64,000 nt of DNA, taken from Gammaproteobacteria bacterium (lineage in GTDB: Bacteria; Pseudomonadota; Gammaproteobacteria; Steroidobacterales; Steroidobacteraceae). The stretch lies in assembly GCA_034667965.1 (NCBI GenBank), contig JAXDQI010000256.1:6958-70957 (forward strand). The letters run 5' to 3'. The position numbers were made by a program, and so were the translations under genes. Positions 57,001-64,000 of the stretch are shown in pieces; the stretch's first letter is position 1, and the number at the start of each line of letters is the position of its first letter. The notes below the pieces were generated by a model that was given only the letters and a program-made list of their open reading frames with translations, made no database searches and had not been told where the DNA came from.

Positions 57001-57600
57001 ATGAAATACACGCCCACATTGGCCCGCTTGATCGATTCCCTGCGATGTCTCCCGGGCGTCGGTCCGAAGTCTGCGCAGCGCATGGCCTTTTATCTGTTGG
57101 AGCGCGATCGCGACGGCGGCCGGGTTCTTAGCGAAGCATTGGCGGAAGCTCTCAGCAGCGTCGGGCATTGCAAGCGCTGCCGCATGCTGACGGAAAGCGA
57201 ATTGTGCGTCACGTGTGCGTCGAATCAACGCGACGTCGCGCAGCTGTGCGTGGTCGAGTCGCCCGCCGACGTCGTCGCCATAGAACAGTCGGGGGGATTT
57301 CGGGGCCGCTATTTCGTGCTCATGGGACATCTGTCGCCGCTCGACGGAATCGGACCCGCTGAATTGGGACTCCAGGAATTCGAACTGCTGTTGGGACTGG
57401 GCGAAGTTCGCGAAGTAATTCTTGCAACCAATCCAACCGTGGAGGGCGAGGCCACGGCGCACTATCTGGGCGAGCTTGCGCTGCGCCGCGGCCTCAAAGT
57501 GTCCCGCATCGCGCATGGGGTACCGGTGGGCGGGGAACTCGAATACGTCGACGGCGGCACGCTGGCGCACGCTTTGGCGGGCCGCACCGCCGTCTCTTAG
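57001..57600 (+). CDS. recR: Recombination protein RecR
   Basis: [24 protein letters not shown], a C4 zinc finger (CKRC...CVTC) and a Toprim domain. Confidence 0.95.
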   Translation: MKYTPTLARLIDSLRCLPGVGPKSAQRMAFYLLERDRDGGRVLSEALAEALSSVGHCKRCRMLTESELCVTCASNQRDVAQLCVVESPADVVAIEQSGGFRGRYFVLMGHLSPLDGIGPAELGLQEFELLLGLGEVREVILATNPTVEGEATAHYLGELALRRGLKVSRIAHGVPVGGELEYVDGGTLAHALAGRTAVS

Positions 57601-57608
57601 GCCATGAA

Positions 57609-58559
57609 CTAGGGTCCGGCCAGCTTCTCGTACAGCCGGACCAGCCGGCGGTAGCTCTCGTAGCGCCGCGCTGCAATCTGTCCGCCGGCCACCGCCGTGC
57701 GCACCGCGCAGCCGGGTTCTTCCATGTGGCGGCAATCGTTGAAGCGGCATTCGACGCTGCGGGCGTGGACCTCGACGAAGCCGCGCTCGGCCGCACGTAC
57801 CAGGCTGGCCGGCGGTGCGAAGTCGCGGACGCCGGGAGCATCGACGATGGCAGTTTCGGGACCGAGAGAGTAACGCCGCGCGGTGGTCGTCGTATGGCGG
57901 CCTTCCGCATCCCGCGTCAGTTCGGAGGTTTGTGCGGCCGCCTCAGGAGCGAGCGCATTGACGATCGACGACTTGCCCACCCCGGATTGACCGACCAGCA
58001 GGGTCACCCCGCCCGCCAGGACCCGCTGCAGCCCCTCGATTCCCGCGGCGGATTGTATGGTCGTCTCCATGCACGGCAGCCCCAACCCACGATAGACCTC
58101 GATCTCGCTTTGGACGGCATCGAGCCCGAGATCGCACTTGTTCACAATCAGCAAGGATTCGATGTCCTTCAACCGGGCGCCCGCCCAGTAGCGATCCACC
58201 AGGAACCAATCTGCGGCGGGTTCCGGCGCGACGACGATGGCCAACCGCTCGATGTTCGCCGCCACCGGTTCGGGGCGGCCGCGCAGATCGATGCGTTCGA
58301 TCAAATTGCGGCGGGGCTCGATGGACTCCACCGAGGCGCCGTCGTTGGCGGGCTCGTAGACCCACGTGACGCGGTCGCCGCAGACTATGCGCTGCTTGCG
58401 CCCTTTGAGCGAGCAGCGCAAATGCGGACCGACGCTCCGCGGGATCCCGCCGCTCGCGGCGCCTTCCGGCGCGCCGCCGAGCGGGCCCTCGTCCGCTTGA
58501 ACCAGCACTCCGCGGCCGTAACTGGCCAGCACGACGCCTTTACCGGTCGTGCCTGTCAT
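57609..58559 (-). CDS. rsgA: Ribosome small-subunit-dependent GTPase A
   Basis: Circularly permuted GTPase motifs ([17 protein letters not shown]) and a C-terminal Zn cluster ([16 protein letters not shown]). Confidence 0.9.
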   Translation of the reverse strand: MTGTTGKGVVLASYGRGVLVQADEGPLGGAPEGAASGGIPRSVGPHLRCSLKGRKQRIVCGDRVTWVYEPANDGASVESIEPRRNLIERIDLRGRPEPVAANIERLAIVVAPEPAADWFLVDRYWAGARLKDIESLLIVNKCDLGLDAVQSEIEVYRGLGLPCMETTIQSAAGIEGLQRVLAGGVTLLVGQSGVGKSSIVNALAPEAAAQTSELTRDAEGRHTTTTARRYSLGPETAIVDAPGVRDFAPPASLVRAAERGFVEVHARSVECRFNDCRHMEEPGCAVRTAVAGGQIAARRYESYRRLVRLYEKLAGP

Positions 58560-58598
58560 CGCTCTGCTACCATGCCGCTTTCAGATGCTGTACGGACA

Positions 58599-59141
58599 AT
58601 GAAATCTCCAGAAAATCTCATTTGGATCGATCTCGAGATGACCGGCTTGAGGCCGGAGTCTGATCTCATCATCGAGATCGCGACGATCGTAACCGACAAA
58701 CACCTCAATGTGCTCGCGGAAGGTCCGGTGTTGGCCATCCGTCAAAGCGAGGCGACGCTCAACGCAATGGATGATTGGAACCGGAGGCAGCATGGCGGTT
58801 CCGGACTGTCGGCCCGAGTTCTCGCGAGCGATGTCGACGCCGCCGCGGCCGAGGCTGCCACCTTGAAATTTCTTGGCGCCTGGGCCGAGCCCGGGCGATC
58901 ACCCATGTGCGGCAACAGCATCTGTCAGGATCGACGCTTCCTGGCGCGGCTCATGCCGAGGCTCGAAGTTTTTTTCCACTACCGAAATCTCGACGTGAGC
59001 ACGCTCAAAGAGCTGGCGCAGCGCTGGGCGCCGCAGGTCGCGCAGGGCTTCCAGAAATCGTCCACCCACCTGGCGCTGGACGACGTGCGCGAGTCGATCC
59101 GCGAACTTCAGTTCTATCGGGAACGCTTGCTGCGCATCTAG
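58599..59141 (+). CDS. orn: Oligoribonuclease
   Basis: [17 protein letters not shown]..., with DEDDh exonuclease motifs ([12 protein letters not shown]...DV.ES). An alternative start at 58572 (MPLSDAVRT...) is possible. The long upstream extension in the track is antisense to rsgA. Confidence 0.9.
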   Translation: MKSPENLIWIDLEMTGLRPESDLIIEIATIVTDKHLNVLAEGPVLAIRQSEATLNAMDDWNRRQHGGSGLSARVLASDVDAAAAEAATLKFLGAWAEPGRSPMCGNSICQDRRFLARLMPRLEVFFHYRNLDVSTLKELAQRWAPQVAQGFQKSSTHLALDDVRESIRELQFYRERLLRI

Positions 59142-59157
59142 CGCGATCGATGCGATC

Positions 59158-61521
59158 TCACGCCGGCGTATCGCCGGCAAGGAACATCCAGGTCTCGACC
59201 ACGGTGTCGGGATTCAATGAAAGACTGTCGATGCCCTGTTCCACCAGCCACAGGGCCAGTTCCGGATGGTCTGAAGGCCCTTGGCCGCAGATTCCGACGT
59301 ACTTGCCTTGGCGTTTACAGGCTGCAATGGCGAGCGACATCAAGGCCTTGACCGCATCGTCGCGTTCGTCGAAGAGTTTCGCGATGACGGCCGAATCCCG
59401 GTCGAGTCCCAGCGCCAATTGGGTCATGTCGTTGGAACCGATGGAGAAGCCGTCGAAGTATTCGAGATAGCGGTCGGCGAGCAGGGCGTTTGTAGGCAAT
59501 TCGCACATCATGATGTGCTTCAAGCCGTTGTCGCCGCGTTTCAGGCCATTGTCGGCCAGCAGGTCGGTGACGGTCTTCGCTTCGAGCACTGTGCGGACGA
59601 AGGGCACCATGATCTGAACGTTCGTCAAGCCCATCTCATCGCGCACCCGCTTCAGCGCGCGGCATTCGAGTTCGAAGCAGGGCCTGAAAACCTTGTCGAT
59701 GTAGCGCGATGCACCGCGAAATCCGAGCATCGGATTTTCCTCGTGCGGCTCGTAGTTCTTGCCGCCGATCAGGTTGGCATACTCGTTCGACTTGAAATCG
59801 GACAGGCGCACGATGACAGGCTCGGGCGCGAACGCCGCCGCGATCTGGGCGATGCCCTCCGACAGCTTCTCCACATAGAAGGTGACCGGGTCCGCATAGC
59901 CCGCGATCTGCTTGGTGATGGCGTCCTTGATCTCCGCGCTTTGCTTATCGAATTCGAGGAGCGCTCGCGGGTGTACGCCGATCATCCGATTGATGATGAA
60001 CTCCAGCCGGGCGAGTCCGACGCCCCGGTGGGGAAGCCCGGCGAAGTCGAAGGCCCTGTCGGGATTGCCGACGTTCATCGTGATCTTTACCGGTATCGGG
60101 GGCAGGGAATCCAACTCGATGTTGCGCTCGTCGAACTCCAGCATGCCCTCGTAGACGTGACCCGTATCGCCTTCCGCGCAGGAGACCGTGACGGCCTGGT
60201 TCTCCTTGATGGCGGTGGTTGCGGTCCCGCAGCCGACGACCGCCGGTATGCCGAGTTCGCGCGCTATGATGGCGGCATGGCAGGTGCGGCCGCCCCGGTT
60301 GGTGACGATGGCGGAGGCGCGCTTCATCACCGGCTCCCAGTCGGGATCGGTCATATCGGCGACCAACACGTCGCCGGCGCGGACGCGGGACATTTCCTTG
60401 GCATCCTTGATGATGCGCGCGGATCCTGCGCCAATGCGTTGCCCGATGCTGCGGCCGCTCACCAGAAGCTTGGACCGGCCCTTCAGGGTGAAGCGTTGGA
60501 TGGTGCGGCCGGCGCGGCTCTGAACGGTTTCCGGCCGAGCCTGTAGAATGTAGATCTTGCCGGTGTCGCCATCCTTGCCCCACTCGATGTCCATCGGCGT
60601 GCCGTAGTGTTGTTCGATGATCAAGGCCTGCTTCGCCAGGCTGATGATGTCGGCCTCGTCGAGGGAAAAGCGGTTGCGATCCTCGGGCGCGACTTCGACC
60701 GTGCGCACGCGCTCCGGCGAGCCCTTCTCGGCGTAAATCATCTTGATCGCCTTGCCGCCCAGGTTCTTGCGCAACACCGCGCGCTTGCCGGCGCGCAACG
60801 CCTGTTTGTAGACATAGAACTCATCGGGATTGACGGCTCCCTGCACCACGGTCTCCCCGAGGCCGTACGCCGCCGTGATGAAGACGACGTCGCGAAATCC
60901 GGAATCCGTATCGAGCGTGAACATCACACCGGCCGCGCCGAGATCGCTGCGCACCATGTGTTGGACGCCGACCGACAGCGCCACCGCGTTGTGATCGAAG
61001 TTGCTGTGCACGCGATACGAGATCGCGCGGTCGTTGAACAGCGACGCGTAGACTTCGTGCATGCTGGATAAAAGATGATCCTCGCCGCGCACGTTGAGAA
61101 AAGTTTCCTGCTGGCCGGCGAAGGATGCCTCGGGTAGATCCTCGGCGGTGGCCGACGAGCGCACCGCGACCGCGAACTCGCTGCCGTGGCCCATCTTGCG
61201 CCACGCATCCAACACCTCGTCGTTGAGCCGCGCTGGAAAGGGCGTGGCCAGCATCCAGCCGCGGATCTCCTTGCCCACCACCGCAAGTCTTTCGACATCG
61301 TCGACGTCGAGCGATGCCAGCGCCGACCGGATGCGCTCGTCGAGCCCACCCTGCGCGAGGAAATCTCGATACGCATGCGAGGTGGTCGCGAACCCCCCGG
61401 GAACCGAGACACCGAGGCTTGCAAGACCCGATATCATTTCCCCGATGGACGCATTCTTGCCGCCGACGAGATCGACGTCTTTGTTCTTCAGTTCTTCAAA
61501 CGGAATGATGTAGGGTTTCAT
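59158..61521 (-). CDS. ppsA: Phosphoenolpyruvate synthase (pyruvate, water dikinase)
   Basis: 787 aa. [10 protein letters not shown], the phosphohistidine region ([24 protein letters not shown]) and a C-terminal PEP-utilising TIM domain (GSNDMTQL). Confidence 0.95.
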   Translation of the reverse strand: MKPYIIPFEELKNKDVDLVGGKNASIGEMISGLASLGVSVPGGFATTSHAYRDFLAQGGLDERIRSALASLDVDDVERLAVVGKEIRGWMLATPFPARLNDEVLDAWRKMGHGSEFAVAVRSSATAEDLPEASFAGQQETFLNVRGEDHLLSSMHEVYASLFNDRAISYRVHSNFDHNAVALSVGVQHMVRSDLGAAGVMFTLDTDSGFRDVVFITAAYGLGETVVQGAVNPDEFYVYKQALRAGKRAVLRKNLGGKAIKMIYAEKGSPERVRTVEVAPEDRNRFSLDEADIISLAKQALIIEQHYGTPMDIEWGKDGDTGKIYILQARPETVQSRAGRTIQRFTLKGRSKLLVSGRSIGQRIGAGSARIIKDAKEMSRVRAGDVLVADMTDPDWEPVMKRASAIVTNRGGRTCHAAIIARELGIPAVVGCGTATTAIKENQAVTVSCAEGDTGHVYEGMLEFDERNIELDSLPPIPVKITMNVGNPDRAFDFAGLPHRGVGLARLEFIINRMIGVHPRALLEFDKQSAEIKDAITKQIAGYADPVTFYVEKLSEGIAQIAAAFAPEPVIVRLSDFKSNEYANLIGGKNYEPHEENPMLGFRGASRYIDKVFRPCFELECRALKRVRDEMGLTNVQIMVPFVRTVLEAKTVTDLLADNGLKRGDNGLKHIMMCELPTNALLADRYLEYFDGFSIGSNDMTQLALGLDRDSAVIAKLFDERDDAVKALMSLAIAACKRQGKYVGICGQGPSDHPELALWLVEQGIDSLSLNPDTVVETWMFLAGDTPA

Positions 61522-61590
61522 GACTGATTACTTGTCCGACGATTGGTTAGGTGAAACACTTCGTGCGAGGCGGCGACAAATGAGGCTACC

Positions 61591-62415
61591 GTGATAAAGC
61601 GAACCGTATTTTTTGTGTCGGACCAAACCGGCATCACTGCCGAGACGATGGGCCACAGTCTCATGACGCAGTTCGACGGTTTCGAGTTTCGGCAGGTGAC
61701 TGTGCCATTTATCTCAACTGTTGACAAGGCGATCGAGGCGGTCCGCAAGATCGATCTGGTGGGCAAGCAGGAAGGCGTGCGCCCGATCGTATTCAGCACC
61801 TTGGTGCAAGAAGATGTGCGCAATGTGGTACGTGGGAGCACGGGCTTTTTCCTGGACTTTTTCGACCCTTTCCTAGCACCGCTCGAAAACGAACTCAAGA
61901 CGCAATCCCACCATTTAACGAGTAGGACACATCGCATGGCGGACACGCACGCCTATGCGATGCGCATCGACGCCACGAACTTCGCGCTGGCGAACGACGA
62001 TGGATCGGTGGTGCGCGACTACGAACGCGCCGACCTCATCCTGATCGGCGTGTCTCGATCGGGAAAGACTCCCACCTGTCTGTACCTCGCGATGCAATAC
62101 GGCATATTTGCGGCGAATTTTCCGTTGACGGAGGACGACCTCGAGTCCAGGAACTTGCCCGCGGCACTCGAATTGCATGCGCGAAAGCTATTCGGCCTGA
62201 CCATCAAGCCCGATCGTTTGCAACAGATTCGCAATGAGCGCCGGCCGGACAGCCGCTACTCATCCTCGCGTCAAGTCGCATTCGAGGTGCGGGCGGCGGA
62301 GTCGCTGTTCGAAAGAAACGGCATTCCGGTCATCGATGCGACGGAGTGCTCAATCGAGGAAATTTCCAGCCGAATTCTCGACCGGACCGGCATCGAGCGC
62401 CGGCTTAGACCCTGA
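61591..62415 (+). CDS. ppsR: PEP synthase regulatory protein (bifunctional kinase/pyrophosphorylase, DUF299)
   Basis: RTVFFVSDQTGITAET.GHSL..QF and the P-loop GVSRSGKTPT. It is divergent from ppsA, as in enterobacteria. Confidence 0.9.
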   Translation: MIKRTVFFVSDQTGITAETMGHSLMTQFDGFEFRQVTVPFISTVDKAIEAVRKIDLVGKQEGVRPIVFSTLVQEDVRNVVRGSTGFFLDFFDPFLAPLENELKTQSHHLTSRTHRMADTHAYAMRIDATNFALANDDGSVVRDYERADLILIGVSRSGKTPTCLYLAMQYGIFAANFPLTEDDLESRNLPAALELHARKLFGLTIKPDRLQQIRNERRPDSRYSSSRQVAFEVRAAESLFERNGIPVIDATECSIEEISSRILDRTGIERRLRP

Positions 62416-62445
62416 CAAGTTACGCGTGCATGGTATAGTCGAAAT

Positions 62446-62907
62446 ATGATCGCGGACCAATGGTGCGAAACATCCTGGCGGGCTCAGCCCGGCAGCTTCG
62501 TGAGTCTGATGACGTTGTACGAAAGCAATTTCGTGCGCCTGCGCTGGCTCGTGCGGGACTTGCGGGCGATTACCGCTCGAGTGGTGTCGAAAACCGCCTC
62601 GGACTGTGATCTGTATCTCACACCGATGGATTTATCCCGCTATACGAGCGTATTCCGCCTCACTTATGAATTCGGCGATCAAACGGCCGGCGAACCGGCG
62701 GCGTGTGTCCGGGATCCCGATCTGGAGGTGTGCGTGTACCACGATGCGCGGCTCGCCGAAGTGCGCAGCTTTCGCGGATTCCAGCGCCATCCGCAGCTCT
62801 CGCGGCTGCAGTCCGGACTCAAGCGTGAACTGGATCAGCGCTGGACGCGAAACATGATGTTAAATAAATGGCTGGAATATTGTGCCGAGCAGGGACATCA
62901 CTTCTAG
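62446..62907 (+). CDS. DUF1249 family protein (YqiB-like)
   Basis: LYESNFVRLRWL, VCVYHDARLAEV and NKWLEYCAEQGH parallel E. coli YqiB (LCEMNFSQLRRL, VRLYHDAMVAEV, DWLRYCLAHG). Confidence 0.75.
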   Translation: MIADQWCETSWRAQPGSFVSLMTLYESNFVRLRWLVRDLRAITARVVSKTASDCDLYLTPMDLSRYTSVFRLTYEFGDQTAGEPAACVRDPDLEVCVYHDARLAEVRSFRGFQRHPQLSRLQSGLKRELDQRWTRNMMLNKWLEYCAEQGHHF

Positions 62908-62957
62908 CGGACTAATCGCCATGTGATCTCCCGCGTTCACGAGGCTGAGGCGGGAAT

Positions 62958-64000
62958 TTGATCGACAAGCTGAGCTTTCTCAAAGGAGGTCTGGACGGGG
63001 GCAGTGTGAGCGCCGACGAAGAGCGGCTCATGCAGCTGTTCCAAAACCGCGCCGGCCTGAAGAAAGCATACGCGGATCTCAAGGATGAGTTTCACTTGTT
63101 GCGCGATCGCCTGAAGCAGCAGGAAGGCGCGACCATCCGCGTTCAGGAACAACTGGACGCACTCGGCGATCTGCTCGCCGACCCGAACACGGGTTTCGGG
63201 GCTCTCGTATTTTATCAGCTGCGCGGTCTTTGGAAGACCTGCCATCAGCAGCTGTCCGCGTTCGCCACGGATTTGACGCGCACGCAGGAGGCGCGGGAGA
63301 CCGCCAGGCACAAAGCCGACTGCGACGCGGCGCGCGGCTCACGCCTCGCCGACGTCGACCGCAGGTTGGAGATGGCGATGAGCAAGGCGGATTTGCAGCG
63401 GCAACATCTGGCGGCCGCGCAAAGCGAATTGAACCGCCTCACCGCGATTTGGCACTACTTCGAGCGCCGCCGCCGCAACAAGTCGCTCGAGAGCATGCGG
63501 CAAGCCGTGGTGATCGCCGATGCCGCGGTGGGGGATCTGCATGCCGAGCGCAGCGCCATCGGCGGCGAGGCCATCGACGATTTTCCCGGCATCTCGCTGA
63601 CCGCGCGCCGCAACATCAACCTCGCCATCATCAGCTATGCAGAACTCTTGTGCGAAAGCGTCGACGCCTACGGTCTTGCTGCGCGCGCCAAGGAAGCCGT
63701 CGCGCGCCGGGTGCACGAGATGAGCTTTGGCGGCAGGCAGGAATGCGAGGATTACATGCAACGCGTGCAGAAGGCTCAGATTGCCGTCGCGAATCAGAAG
63801 CAGATCACGGTCACGGTCAAGGCGAAGATGGAGCGGTTGCGCGCCACCTGCGATTATCGCAACGCCGCCGACACCGTGCCGACGGCGGACTCGCTGGCGC
63901 CCGCGCCCGCGGACGGCGAAGCGGGGAGAGCGGCTCGCGCGCAGCCCGTCCCGGTTTGGAACGTCCTCGCGGAGGACTATTGGGACCTGTACACCCTGCT
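62958..64000 (+). CDS. Partial CDS (runs off the window): coiled-coil hypothetical protein
   Basis: Not in the ORF track because no stop is reached. The frame is open from the stop at 62946-62948 to the window end (~347 codons) with strong third-position GC bias. The sequence (...LKKAYADLKDEFHLLRDRLKQQEGATIRVQEQLDAL...) is helical and coiled-coil-like. The start is uncertain (TTG 62958, or a downstream GTG or ATG). Confidence 0.6.
   Translation, partial: MIDKLSFLKGGLDGGSVSADEERLMQLFQNRAGLKKAYADLKDEFHLLRDRLKQQEGATIRVQEQLDALGDLLADPNTGFGALVFYQLRGLWKTCHQQLSAFATDLTRTQEARETARHKADCDAARGSRLADVDRRLEMAMSKADLQRQHLAAAQSELNRLTAIWHYFERRRRNKSLESMRQAVVIADAAVGDLHAERSAIGGEAIDDFPGISLTARRNINLAIISYAELLCESVDAYGLAARAKEAVARRVHEMSFGGRQECEDYMQRVQKAQIAVANQKQITVTVKAKMERLRATCDYRNAADTVPTADSLAPAPADGEAGRAARAQPVPVWNVLAEDYWDLYTL

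Noticed and set aside
57609-57660. Inverted repeat GGTCCGGC…GCCGGACC after recR as a terminator.
   Set aside because: It lies inside the 3' end of the rsgA coding sequence, has a 14-nt loop and lacks a T-tract. It is probably coincidental.
57726-58598. Long N-terminal extension of the orn ORF (the track gives a 471-aa protein).
   Set aside because: The extension is antisense to rsgA and has no similarity to oligoribonuclease. Orn homology begins at [17 protein letters not shown] (58599).

Overview
This is a GC-rich proteobacterial chromosomal segment. The gene order (bcp-gcvR / dapA-bamC-like, tRNA-Ser-ffs-dnaX-ybaB-recR, an Rrf2-sufBCDS operon, mlaFEDCB/mlaA) suggests a gammaproteobacterium, but that is an inference. 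No database search was possible, so all family calls rest on motifs read from the ORF translations. The window splits into two parts. (1) About 430-33,330 looks like an accessory block and is the main hunting result. It holds two secreted multicopper-oxidase (MCO) paralogues whose copper ligands are divided between them, and a 3399-aa secreted giant with a copper-less MCO-like head, cadherin-like, beta-helix and IPT/TIG modules. These are followed by small secreted proteins, two LolA-like proteins, a cytochrome c/periplasmic-binding-protein fusion and an FKBP/Mip PPIase. Next come two response regulators, an ExeA/MshM-like AAA+ protein with an FHA domain, and a non-canonical T2SS/MSHA-like apparatus. 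That apparatus comprises GspG/F/E, a PilMNOP-like quartet, a TPR-secretin-cohesin fusion and three more GspG-like pseudopilins. A PAS-HisKA_3 kinase closes the block. The content parallels pieces known separately from Mn(II)-oxidising Leptothrix (mofABC) and Pseudomonas putida GB-1 (xcm secretion, MnxS/R), but here they are fused into one locus with a split oxidase. (2) About 33,330-64,000 is housekeeping: tdh-kbl, hslR, sixA, the SUF Fe-S operon with its Rrf2 regulator, class I FBA, the Mla system, a BepA-like protease, PIN-PhoH, bcp, gcvR and dapA. It also holds a tRNA-Ser(GGA) locus with degenerate duplications and att-like scars, then SRP RNA, dnaX-ybaB-recR, rsgA, orn, ppsA/ppsR, a DUF1249 gene and a partial coiled-coil ORF. 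No CRISPR array, transposase or integrase gene was seen. Many long antisense ORFs in the track are GC-driven artefacts.
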